Source: Tricharina praecox
Lineage: Eukaryota
Length of the DNA: 64,000 bases
NCBI RefSeq assembly: GCF_024521635.1
Contig: NW_026250412.1
Coordinates: 248,001-312,000, forward strand
Direction of reading: 5' to 3'
The position numbers and the translations under genes were made by a program. Position 1 is the first letter of the stretch, and each line of letters begins with the position of its first letter. The notes beneath the pieces were generated by a model that saw only the letters and a program-made list of their open reading frames with translations, searched no databases and was not told the DNA's origin. Below, one piece after another: positions 26,398-39,275 of the stretch.

Positions 26398-29300
26398 TCA
26401 TCGCCTCAGAAGGCGTTCCGTCGCAGCTTCGGCACGTCGAATGGCAATGGTTCGGTCGATTTCCATGCCGCCCTCGCGCAACGGGCGGGCAGCAAGTCTC
26501 CTGTTGCTGGGTGCGCGGTTCAAGGTACCGTTCCTGAACCGGGCGACGGATGACTCGGGATCTTGCGAGTTCATCGCGCTGGCCAGGCGCTCGTTGATGG
26601 GGCCACCGGTCATGGTGAATTCCTGGGACCTCGATGCGCTGTCACCCAGGCTCGACAGGAACCGCTTGCTGGACGCGAGCGGCGACGACTGGATGCTGGG
26701 TACCATGGAGCTCCTCCGCGGCGCCAGCGTCGACTGCACATCGTTCGTGGTGTATTCTCGGGGCATCGAGTGCCGATTGCTGGGAACACGCTGCAGGCCA
26801 CCCATCTCCGTACCGGCCCGAGATGGGGCCCTGAAGCGATCGCTTTCCGAGAAACCCTCCTTCAACATCAATGAGCTGCGATGCCTTATACCGGGCGATG
26901 GTGCCGGATCACTTCTTGGGCTGTAGCCCGCAGAAACGTTGAGTGAGGCTAGACTGCCTTTGCGTTCGGCAAACCGTCCGATCGTCCGGGATGGAAGGCG
27001 TTGGCTAAGCACGCTCTCGCGACCGTCGAACGAATCTCGGTTACGGCCACCATAGACGCTTTCGGCCCCCACGCCACGACTAGCGGGCCTCGTCTGGACG
27101 AATTGCGCCTGTATGAATGGAATCTGCGGGGGAGGCGCAATGGTATGCCGGTTTTCCGACAGGGCGAGACACAATTCCGTAAGGCTCCTGCACACGCTAT
27201 CGGCCTTTCGCCGCACATTCCGATCGACACCGGCGACTGTGGGCGCACCCGAGCCGGGCGCACCAACGGTGTTCGCCATGTCTAGCGCGTCCTTCGCAGC
27301 TAGTTCGAGGTGCCTGTAAACGTCAGGCGGCATCACCGCCTTCGACTTCGCCAATGCGGTGTGCAAAAGAGGATGAGAAGTAGTGGTGTTGTTTGTACTG
27401 GACGGATTGCTACCACCAAAAGTGGAATTTATGGGAGAGATTCCAGCCGCAGCATTAGTCCGAGGCGACGAAGACACCGTGGTGACTGTTGTAGTCGCCG
27501 TTCTGGGGCGGTCGCCCGACGAGTTGGACGCGTTTCCGGCCCCGGATGCGGGCATGCGCCCGGTGACCTCCAGCCGACGGATTCGCGATTTCAGGTCGTC
27601 CAATTCGTCCCAGACCGAAGATGCAGCGGTCGTCGAGGCGGTGGACGCCGAGTCGGCGGATCGACCTCCACTACCAACTCCGGCGATGGATGCGGCATAT
27701 TCGCGCTCGTCCACCTGTGGCGGTGCTAGCTTATCATCGATGAGTGGAGATGCGCCCAGACGAGTTAGCGGCCTGCTGTTGAAGCTTGTCCGAGGGCTCG
27801 ACTCAACCACCGAAAAGCTTCTCGCATGGCCATGCGAATTGTCGCGACGAAGAACGCTCTGAGGACGAGGCGCATTGAAGGTGGGCCGTGGAGTGATCGA
27901 GGGCCGTTCCTCGTGGTCGGAAGTCTGCGACATCCTGCGCGCCCGGTAGTCGCCAGGTGGAGGCGAAGACATGTGTCGTGCGCGTCGCCACACTTCTTCA
28001 TCGACTTGAGGAGGCGAGGAATTGAAATCGGCGGTTTCGCGACGGTGTGCGGGAGAAGACTGTGTCACATCGGCGGGCATAGAATTACGGTATTGGGAGA
28101 GTCGTGCCTGCAAGGAGGGGGATTGTTAGCGAGATGCCAAAAAAAAAAAAAAAAAAAAAAAAAACAACGCGACAATGGCCTTTTTTTTTAAAAAAAAAAG
28201 AGACGAAAAAAGAAAATAAAAAGAAGAAGGGAAAAGGTCAATCGTACTCGTCTTCTTTCCAGCCTGTCTGCCGCTCTGCTGCTGGTAGAGTTCGATCGCG
28301 CCAATTTTAAAAACACATCCTCAGTATTCTGAACTACGGGCGCATGCGCATCCCGTAAATCCTCCAGACCCCTGATGGTTCTATCCTTCTCGCCGTATTC
28401 ATCGTCGTCTTCGTCTTCCTCTTCGTCGTCAAAGCTGCTGAAGCTCTGTCTTCGCTTCATCGCGGAGGTAGTTCTCGAGATGTCCCTGTGCCCCTGAGCG
28501 GTTCCGGTCCTCGATGGTGTCCGGGCCGATATCGTGTTGCTACTGGCACTGCTGCTGCCCTGGTCCCTATTGTAGGCCCGACTGGGCGTCGAGGGCACAG
28601 TGTAGTGGCCTCGGTTGTCCATTGTGAATCGTTTTCTGAAAGCTAAAGATGGCGGAGGTCCAGCGCTGGTCTCTACACCATTACTACTGAAGCGGGCAGG
28701 AGCGCGTTTTTTCGGAGGAGTCGGCGAGTGCGATCGAGTGGACGCGAACGAGCTTGAAGGTCGGGAGTTGGGGGTGGTATTGGTGTTGGTATTATTGTTG
28801 TGGAAATTGAAGCGATTATCTCTGTGGTTATCGGAGCCGGAGGCAGCGGCAGGTGTGGCAATAGTATTTTTTGGAGTCGGAAGGAGTGATTGGGGTGCAG
28901 CAGATTTCGGGGAGGTGATGGGATGTAAGGGTACGGGGGTGGGCTCGGACGGCGGGTGAGTGACGGAAGAAGTAGTAGTGGTAGGAGTGGGAGTGGTGGT
29001 GGTGGCAGGCGTTGTGTGACGACTGTTCCGGGATGGTTGTGGTCGATGTGGTTGATGCGGTGGAGGGTGTCGTGCGGGCTTGCTAGAGGTGGCTGCAAGC
29101 GCAGAAGAAACGGCGTTGGCGCTGGCGACGGCGTTGGTGGGGGTCAGTCCGGTCGAGGATGTCGGGACGGTGCTATTATTATTACTGCTGCTGTTGTTAC
29201 CGTTCGCTCTTCCGCTCAAGCGCTTTTCGGTTCTGGTAGCGCCACTGATGCTGTTGCTGTTGCTGGTGGTGGTGGTGGTTGTGGGGATGATGGTATTGCC

Positions 29301-30068
29301 GATGCTGACTCTGCTGTCTTCCTTGCTATCGACGTGCACGGCAGTCACAATGTTGTGTCGCGAAGGGACAGTGGCCGAGCGATTCAACTGCGGCCGCTGC
29401 AACTGGAGTTGGAGCTGGAGAGGGACAGCGACTCGACGCGAGGAGCTACTGGTAACCGACGACGAGGAGGATGTTCTTCGGTGCCGGTACGGAGTGGGCG
29501 CGGGCGGGGGACGTGGTACGATACAAATGGAGGCAGGCCGAGCGAGAGGAGTGGAGGGAAGAGGGGGAGGAAGAGGAGTGTGAGGAGGGGGTGCTGCTGA
29601 CTTTGGAGTGGACGATAGAGTTGCAGCCCGCGATCGCGATGCTGTCGTGGAGGCCGGTATTCCTGTCCTTACAGATGAGCCAGCTCCAGACGTTGCACTG
29701 GCTAGTTTCCGGCCCGGATGACCGTGACTATGGAGATGATTGCTCGTGAAATTGGAGTCGGCACTGGACGCAGCGGCGGCGGCAGCAGTGCGAGGTGAAG
29801 CCGGAGGGAAGCCGGCGCTGGTGGTTAACGGCGAAGGGTTACCAGTGGCTGATGATGATGATGATGATGATGATAATAATGTCGCAGTTGTTCGTTGGGG
29901 CAGATTGGTGCTATTCGTGTTCCCTAGGCCTCCAACTGCTCCAGCTGGCCCACTGCCTCCGCTGGCCACTCTTCCGCGACCCAACAGCTCCTTGACCCGG
30001 CTGCTTCTGCTGTCGATGCTGCGAGTGCTGCTACCGCTGCTGGCCAACCTGGTTTCCCTGTTCTCCAT
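26398..30068 (-). CDS. Large S/T/P/R-rich, mostly disordered protein (~1176 aa) with a short coiled-coil core; possibly an Mto2/Spa18-like MTOC protein
   Basis: Exons 30068-28248 and 28107-26398 are joined by intron 28247..28108 (GTACGA..GCTAAC..TGCAG). Conserved-looking blocks: EDVFLKLAR, SSVWDELDDLKSRIRRLEVTG, HPLLHTALAKSK, RRKADSVCRSLTELCLAL. The gene model is solid; the function is an inference from memory. Confidence 0.8.
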
Positions 30069-33000
30069 CACCCATGCGTTCCCGGTGCGCCGCCGTCCAG
30101 AATGTGTTTCTTGCTTTCCCTCCCCCGTTTCTCGCCTTTGCCTTTGCCTTCTGTTGCCTGCTACCTTCGAAGACACACAACCGCACAAACCGAACCCCCG
30201 CCTCACTTGGTCCCCACCACGAAGAAAGAAAAAACAAGCCACCACCACCTCCACCACCCCCCGCTGGCAATCCTCCAGAAAAATCAAGAATACCTATCCC
30301 CTCCTTCTTCCCCTTCTTCCCCTTCTTCCCCTTCTTCCCCTTCTTCTTCTTCTTCTTCTTCTTCCTTCGCTCCTTCGCTCCTTCCTTTGTTCTCCCGCTC
30401 CCCGTCCCAAGCGCTCGTGAGGCAATCCAGCGGTCCCAGTTTTGTTTTGTCTCGTTCGCGGAGTGTTCCTGTCTGTGCCTGCGCCCGTTCGCTCGCACTA
30501 CTTTACGAGCGCGGTCCCTTCAAAAAAGGAAAAGGGCACGGGCGCGTGTGTGTAATTCGGACCGTTGGCGGCGGTAAGTTCGGCAGCGTCCGTGTTCGAA
30601 ATGGTAGGTAGTAGTGGTAGTAATAGTAGCAGCAGTAGTCGTCCAGGAGATGAAGGCGGTGATGATGATTATGGCGGAGGAGGACGAGCAGCAGCAGGAG
30701 GAAGGAGGGGAAAATGAAAGTGAGAATGAAATGAGCAAAGAATGAGGAGAGAGCTCTAGATTCGACTTCTACCACCACCTCCTACTACTCCTCTCGCTCC
30801 GTCCGCGTGCGCCGCCGTGCGGGAAATGGGGTCACAAGGGTTCACCGAAGGGGAGATGTTGGATTCCGACAGTCGGGAAAGTTTTGCAGCACCACACACA
30901 CCACACGCACAAACGCACACCACTCGCAGGCCGGCAAACAATGATGGATCGGACAGCTGGAGGAGAGCGCGGGCAAAACGGTGCTACTTACGATGTGTGT
31001 GCATACATGGAGATCAGCTAGAGTCGAGTCGAGTTTACTTCTTCTTGCTTGCTGATGGCTTCCTTGATTGCTTGCTGATGGCTTACTTGATTGCTGATGG
31101 CTCCTCGTTATGATACTTATTGCGTTGGAGGGGAATGATCACCCATCGAATCAAGTCCCTCCGTTCTTCTCCTCATTCTCTCCGGCGCGGGGAACATTTT
31201 TGCCCCCCATCTGCCCCCCTCCTTTCCTCCTGCTGCTCCTGCTCCTCTGCGCTCGCCTCGCACCGAACTCGAAACCGAGCGAGTAACGCCATGTGGGGGA
31301 TAGTTCTGCTAGTTGCTAGTACACAGCAAAGGACAGGCTCCGATTGTGGGATCTGACCTCACCTCACGTTCTCGATGGGACTGTCCCAGGTTCCTGCAGA
31401 GCATACATGAGCACATCATCATCCACCCATTCATCCACCCATCCATCCATCCATCTTGGAACTCCCCAATCATGGCCTTGCGCAGTCTCGTCATTCCTTG
31501 AGCAGAGCGATCGTCCACATCTGCATCATCACCACTACCATTACCATTCACATCCACATCCGCATCCGCATCTCACAGTATCTACTCCACACACATGCGT
31601 TCAGATTCGAAACTCGACCCCCTCAACTCTGGAACCGCCTCGAGTAACTAACTAGCACTAATTCGTCTACTCTACTCTACAAAGATAATCCTTTCTACTA
31701 TCATCGGCCCATCCAAAATCAGCCATTCCGCGCTTCCACCCACATGTAAACCCCAGACCCCCCTGAACCACATCTCCTTCCCCAATGGAACGAGGCTTAG
31801 CCCCGTCCCCGTTCCAGCTCCCGAAGCGAGGTCGTAGCTGTGGATCGAATTTCGTTTCTGAGATGCCCCATGCTTTCCCGGTGCCCGTCGGAGATTACGC
31901 TCCTCCACCGTTGCTGTGGCTACCATACAGTAGGGTACTGCCGAATGGCAAGGCGACGGGCGACGACGGACAACAAACAAACACACACGCAAACATGCAA
32001 ATACAAACAAACAACGGAGGGAGCTGAAGTGATGGGCAGGCAAGGGAAGGGAGGGGGAGGCACAGCGAGGCGAGGGGAAAGGCAAGGCAAGGCGAGGCAA
32101 GGGGAGGCGAGGAGAGGTGAGGGGGGGCCTGATTCTCATGCAAGACATGACTTTTTATTCTCCTTCGCCTGCGCAGCGCACGACCTTCAACACTACATAC
32201 GCTACATGCTCTACTCTGCGTGCTGCGGTGAACACTGGAAGAAGAGGGATTCGCGACAAGGAGTCAAGGACTGCTGAAGCCTGACTTCTGACTTCTGACA
32301 TGTGTCATTGTGTCATTGTGTCTCCCCCGAGTCCCCTCACCGGCCACTGCACATCGCCCACAGCTGAGTGAGAGCTTTTCCCTCTCACTTTCTTCCCTCT
32401 TTCCCTCTCCCTCTTTCCCTCTCCCCCTCTCTTTTTCCCTCTTTTTCCTTTCCCTCTGTCTTTCTCCCCGACACAGGCGGATGCGCGCCGGCAATGCAAT
32501 ATCGAGAAAAGAGTGTAATCTTCCCACATAGATGCCTACTATATTTGGGCTTGGATTTCTTGGAAAGGCCGCGTCGGGACTCGCGACGGCCTACGGGTGC
32601 TGCTCACTGCTCACTGCTGCGCCCCCCAAAATCCGATGGGTTTTTTGGCCGGACGCGGAATGAAGTCGTAAGGACTCTACATTGAGTCTAGAGTAAGAGG
32701 CATGTAGATAGGGAAGTAGAGTAGGTATGCAGGCGTCTGGAAGCTGGAGGAACTCGGGAAGGTCCTCGTTCGTTTCATTTCACCGCAGCCGCCGCGACAC
32801 ACATTCCCGCATTCTCGCATTCTCGCGTTCTCGCATTCTTGATTGATGGATATCCGCGCGGCTGCCTCGGTGTTCACTGTGAGGTGCGAGATGTTGGCAT
32901 TCCTTGCGGCAGTTCGCGGAGTCGATCTAGAGTATGGACTCTGGAGGTCTACCTAACTTCCAGGTATGGTAGCTGTCGTGATCCGCAGTGTCGTGGCCAC

Positions 33001-34321
33001 TGTCCGCGCTGTGGTAGGTATGTGGCAGGTATGTGGCTACCCATCGCCACGATCGCAGGTAGCATGGTAGCACGGTGGCATCGGCCGGTGTGTCGATGTC
33101 TATGCCATCCCACCTGCACTCCCCATTACGTGCGCAATACCCATCGTGGCGGCGGGGCGGAGGGGGCAGCGTGTTGAGGTTTTTTCTTCACGAGCGGACA
33201 CTGGACGAACGAGGTGGAGCAAAAAGCCGGATGCGGATTGGCCTCAACTAAGCAGGAAGTTATCGTTGCTTTTGGTACCGAGTCTCAACTATTAGTTAAC
33301 CGCGCATCGGTGATGATCGCGCTGATCGCTCGCGCATCACGCATCACTGTGCTAGGTAGGAAGTACTCTAGGTGTCAATGAGGGTAGTGGTCCTCCAAAG
33401 TCTCCGAAGTCGCGGGAATCACGCTCCCACCTCACACCCATACATGGACATGCCAATGGGAGGGGAGCATGAGGTGGTTGAGAGATGGGTACCTGCATCA
33501 CCCCCTCCCCCCTCCCCCCCTCCCCCCCTCCCCCCCGGACCCGCGGATCCTGCGTGTTGCGAGACTACAACTCCGACTCGTCAATAGGATGGTATGGGAT
33601 GTCTCGTCTTGTCCGTGTTCTTGCGGCGGGCCGGCGGGGCTGGGAATACTACTACTACTCTATATCTGCACACGTATGGTATTAGGGAGGCTGGGGAAAA
33701 AGTGGTTTGTTTGTTGTTATTGTTGTGATTGTTGTGCTTGTGCGTATTTTGCGTGTTTACGTGTTTGCTGGAACGGGATTGGTCGAGTCGACAAAACGAA
33801 ACGAATTGTGATTGGTCACTGGTTGCTGGTGTTCCCCGCGAATGCCGCCATGTGTGGGCGACCATCTGCCGTAGGTAAAGCAGGTACTTAGGTGTACACG
33901 ATCTCACTCGAAAGACAGCAGCCGCCATGTGTACCGGTCTATATCTCGTTACTACATGGAAGGGATTGCGCTCTGCGTTGTGCAGCTTGTTCTGATGCCG
34001 TCGTCACTGCCAGTCACTCGGCATGCGAGTGATAAGTTATGTACATTCCCGATGGCGGTGATGTTCCGCTGTGGAGATTCTAGTCGGGCCATTCACCTTT
34101 TTCAACGCAACTAAATACGGCACAGACATATGCACTGGGCTCGAAGCCATAAGATAACCCGCAAAGAAAATAGACAGAGCAAGTACTCAGGTGAACAAGA
34201 AACAAATCGAACCAGATCTAACGTATCAAACGACTGAGTAGTATCCCCGCGAACTATGCTACGAGCTCACCCTGTGCATATTCCCCACCACTCAGCCCTC
34301 AGCCCAGCCCCCAGCCGGTAT

Positions 34322-36586
34322 TTAAGCAAGATCCTTTCCGTACCCATCAGACCTAGCCGGACTAGTGGGCTCGGAAGGCTGATGCTTCGTCTTGCTCCCT
34401 CGGCGAGCGCGGTTCTTCTTCTTCTTCTTCTTTTTCTTGTTCTTCTCGGCTGCATCCGAATAGTCGGGGGAGTCTCCGTATAGCGGGGTCGAGGTACCGG
34501 TCGCTGAGGATGCCAGGTATTCGTCCGCATACGCCTCGATAGGATCTTCCGCGGGGCCATCTCCGACGTCGGACTTGGGCGTAAGGGCATCCGGGGAAAC
34601 AGACTGGCTCGGGGGTGGCTCCGGGATATCCTTCGGGTGCTGAGTTCCGACCGAAGCTGCATCGATGGCCTCGGTTCCATCGAACTTGGCCGTGACCTTG
34701 CTGGAGATTCTATCGACGAGTTGCTTACCTTTCCGCCCCGCGATGTCGTCCGAAGCCGATTCTTTGCCAGATCCCATCTCGTCGGACTGAGAAGCGCTAT
34801 TGGCCTCCTTCTTGACGGAACGATCGCCGGTCAACACCTCGATCGTAGAATCGAGCAACGCCGCAAGCATTGATTGCATACGCGGCTTGTCGATCCTCTT
34901 CACTGGCTTGGACGAGCCCGAAGCGTCCGCGCCGCCGGTGCTGTCCTTGATGGCTCCGTGAGATTCGGACGTACGGTCATCGACATGGTCGGTAGCGGAC
35001 TTGTGGATCTGTCAATCTCATTAGTCATCTGATCTTGCACTCTTGTAAACAGGCACAATGAAGCTTACCTCTTTGTTCGAACTCTCCTCTTCGACCTTTG
35101 CAGATAACGCGGTGGCCTCCTTCTTTAGTTTAACAGTCGTGTCGGAAGCCGCGTCTGGTTCTGCCGGGCCCTCTTCGTCCGTATCCTCCGCAACCTCAGC
35201 CGCCGATACGAAGGATTCGTCACTGCCGGAATCGGAGTCGCTATCCACCAGCTTGAGCCTGAACAGGTCTCCCTCACATTCGGTGACCTGAAGGGTCATG
35301 CCCTCTGCGAATCCAATTGAAGTTCCGTTTGCTCCGCTGCTTCCCAGACTGGTGGCATCCGTGGCATGCTGTGTCTTTTGATGCTTCTTCTTGGGCTCTG
35401 GCGGAAATACCGAATCATGTTCCGGTTTATCCCGATGCTTCTTCATCTCCTCATTCAGGGCGCGGAGACTCTTCGGCTTCGACTTCTTACCCTTCGAGGC
35501 AAGATAACGACGCTTCGAGCCGTTCGGTGACGAAGAACCGGAACTGTGTGGGGATCGGTAGCCATCTTCGGAGGCTGTAGGTGAGTCATCTCCTTTATTC
35601 GCGCTGAATACCACTGGCTTGTCGTCTTGAGTTACAGTGCCATCGTCGCCACTGCTGCCACAATCACTCGACGTGTCGGATTTGGAGGTCGCCGGTTTTC
35701 CAAAGTTGACATCCCATTTCTCATCGCCTCTCGGGAGTTCGAAGGCTCGCGCGCGATCAGACCTCTCCGCAACCAACTGATCAGCCAGGCCTCCGAAAAT
35801 AGAAAGGATGTTGCTGAAGCTGTTGCGCGTGTTGTCGCTATGCCACTCCTGGAACTTGCGATTCGTAAACATGGCCTCATCCATCCCCATCCCGCCGCGG
35901 TTGAATATTCCCGTGAGCGTCTGCAGGCGCTCCCTCTCTGCGGCAATCGTCTCCGGGCCAACTATGATGTACCGTCCCACCATGCGGTAGTGGAGACCGA
36001 GCTTGTTGGAAGCTTCGAGGTTATACTTGAGGATGCCCAGGTGAGCCGATATCTCCTTGTCCGTTCTAGGTCCCGTGGCGGACTTCGACCAAGTGACGAA
36101 CCGGTCGAGGTTCTTGATGTTCCAATCGATCTCGGCCAGCGCGGGGAGCTTGTGCTGGTTGTAGAATATCAGACCATCGGTGCGGAAGTCTAGCTTGTCC
36201 AAATGACCCTTGATGCGCGCGGCCTTAGTTACCAGCGGTTCCAGGACTAGCTGCTCGAGACTGAAGCGGAGCTCGTCCGCATCCATACCGGCATCATAGC
36301 CAACTTTGTAGCTTGTGGCGAGATATTTGCTAAAGGTGATGTTTGCTCCCGCAGTTCCCGCTGGCTGGGTGATGGCATTGATATCGCAGACGATACCGAA
36401 GTGGTCGTCTACTGTAGCGGCAAGAGTGTCCATGTTGTGCTGGATCAGCTCTTTCTGGTGTTCATCTGGCCCGTTGAACCCGAAAAGACCGCGTTTGGCG
36501 AGGTTGTCGTGGAGGTCGTTCTTCACGTTTTCGTCACCGGTTTCCTTGATTAGAGCGCTCTCGTCGTTGGATTTATTCTCCGCCAT
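34322..36586 (-). CDS. Hypothetical protein (~734 aa): globular N-terminal ~290 aa, acidic/Ser-rich disordered C-terminus with a Lys-rich NLS-like run
   Basis: ATG 36586 in GCCATGG-type context. Intron 35068..35009 (GTAAGC..ACTAAT..CAG) links the 521-aa ORF in frame to the 34322..34903 ORF. KNKKKKKKKKNRARR lies near the C-terminus. No family recognised. Confidence 0.85.
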
Positions 36587-37339
36587 GGTTTTGGGAATGA
36601 ATATGTCGCTTGCGATGATGTTTGATTCGAAGTAGGATGGAAGTGGCGAGTGCGAAGGTAATGTGTGGAGGGAGGTTGGAAGGGCGTGAGAAGAGTTTCA
36701 GTGCAGATATACGAGAGTTGATTGAGAGGATCGTGGGTAGCAATCGTGGAAAATGTAGTGGTAAAGGTGAGGTGAGAGCGATGGGTATGGAAGAGCGATG
36801 GTTATGGAAGAGCGAGTGTTGTGGAAGAGCGAGGGTTGTGGAAGTTGCGAGGAGGGAAAACTGTGCCTTTGGTTGATTGTGGGAAGGAAGGAGTTTTTGG
36901 AGCTTCATCCTTTTGAAGCAAATGCATTAGCCGCTTAGGCCCACATAAACATGCATTGGTTGTCACTCGGGGTGGAGTTTTGCTGAATCACGGGTCAAAA
37001 AAGAAAAGAAAAACTACTACAATAGGAACAAAGCAGCAGTATCAAAATTAGTAATCACAAGTGAACTCTTATTCCACCGGAGGGGCCTGAATGGAAATTC
37101 GAATTAATGATTTAGACATCTCTGGCCCTGTCCGCTGTACCGTGCATACATGTTGCATATTCCATTGTTCTCTCTCCACTCTCCACTCTCCACTCTTCAC
37201 TCTTCATTCTCTACTCTCTCTACTCTCTCCTCCTACCCCCCCACCCCCCAACCCTACCCCCCACCCCCCGTACAGCCAAGCTCCTCAACCCGTTTTTGTT
37301 CGTCTTCCTCCTCTTCATAATAACTCCTTCACCTCGAAA

Positions 37340-39275
37340 ATGCTCAATGCTCAGCAATACAGCCTTTCTTCCTACTTGCATCCGTCGAAAAACGCTTCAT
37401 CTTCAAAGGCCATCATGGCCACCAGCTCCCATTGCAGCCATGATCCAACCAGCACCAGGCGGAAATCGAGTGCCAATTCTACCCACAGTCTAGCCTCGGC
37501 CCATGGACCCAACTTCGTTGCTGGAGATCTTGCCCAATACTACGCAACTTACTCCATCACCAATGCTCACCTTCTTGAATTACCCAAGGGCTATCCTGGT
37601 ATGCACTTTACGGTTAGGTCTGAGAGCTACTGCTGATACCTGCTACTGGTTCACAGGACTCAAGTACCCCGACATCCTTTACCGTCTGTTCCAGAGGGTT
37701 GGCGTCAAACTCCTGTCCATCACTTCCCCCGAATACGATCCAGATACTAGTACCAATAATCATCAAATTAGGGTATGTGCCAAGGACAGCAGAACCTTGC
37801 TCGCAGCTATAACCGCACTGAGGGAAATGGGCCTACCGTTTAAGGAGCTGGACGACATCAAGCTGTCCGAAATTCATTCCTTAGAGGATACGATCCATGC
37901 TGTCAACGACTCGGGACGTGCGAGACCAGACGATAAGGACAACCGTCAACCGCATAACGGTCAAATGCCCGACCCTGTCGGAGGGTTCCAAGGACTTCAT
38001 AGCAAGGCCCTGACTAAGTCTCAGCAGGCGGTCTCAGATAATCCCTGGCTCACAGCTGATTACGATGTCTTTACCGGCCGGTCACGTTCTAGGAGCATTC
38101 CTGGGCCAAGTTCCTTCATGTCCGCAGAGGTTCGCGAGGAACATGGAATGACAGTACTGTCACGCCTCTTGAAATCTAGTATCAGGTTGAAATCTCCCCA
38201 GCAACTGGAACCCGACTCTCAGCAGAGCTGTGTTAGCAGCACCCAGGGCATGGATGACTACCAGGTTCCTCCTCCGACCCCGTCCCCGTCCAAGGCCCTC
38301 GGAATTACGGTTCGATCTGTTAGCGATGAATATCCAACTATTGCTAGATACATGAAGATGCACGGCAAGCATCCCACTGACGAAGGCGCCAGTACCACGG
38401 CAGTCAGGGGCAACAATGAATGGAATAGGACGGGACACCCGGATAGCACTGCCCAGACCAAAGAGAAATATTGTGTTCCCCAGCGCCGTATGAGTGATCA
38501 CCGAGGGCGTCCAATGCTTCGAATCGATACGGCTATCGCTACCACGAACGCACAACCCGCCACCGCGCCAGCCAGGCCCACTGAATCTCACGCATCAACA
38601 ACTTCTCCAGCTGCCACCGTGGTCCAGACGTGGGGGCCTTATTCCGGTGAAAAGGAAGGCTCTATGAATCTGGATAATCTCGACGAGGCTATGTTTCGAG
38701 CATTTGGACAGGGCGGAGGATACCACCTTGCTGGAGTTCCCGGCACTGGTGGAGTTTCTAGCACTGGTGGAGGAGGATTTAAGGCAGCTTCTGGTGTTCG
38801 CCCCAGCCAGAATTCGACCTACGCTACGGTCCCAGCTGAAAACCCAGTCGGAGCTGGCTCTTCTGCGACTGGTTCAGCTTTCCCAGTTCGTTTCCAACCG
38901 GCCAGCCCTGACCACTCAGCTCATCAACGTCAACCCAGCTACCGCTATCCTCCTAACGAACAAGGCATTCCAGTTTATTTGAAGGAGAACTACAACCCTC
39001 GCTTCGAAACCACCGCAGATGCCGAACAAGGCTACCGGGGCTATGGATACGGCGGATATCCCACTCAGTCTCCGGCACGTTTCCCGAGGACTGGATACCA
39101 GGGAGTTGCGCGCCCACCTGTCTCGAGGGGCCTTCCGGTTGAGACAACGAGCGTTTACACCATTCAGCAGCAACCAGTTCAGACGGAAGTCTACATGAAG
39201 GACTTTGGTGCAGAAGGCAGCTACTCATATTATCTCAAGCCCATCCCGTTGACGGGTCCACGTTTTATTAGGTAG
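37340..39275 (+). CDS. Hypothetical protein (~625 aa), 2 exons
   Basis: ATG 37340 (AAAATG). Intron 37599..37656 (GTATGC..GCTGAT..CACAG) joins LPKGYP|GLKYPD in frame with the long 37503..39275 ORF. An AT-rich 3' UTR follows. No family recognised. Confidence 0.8.
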
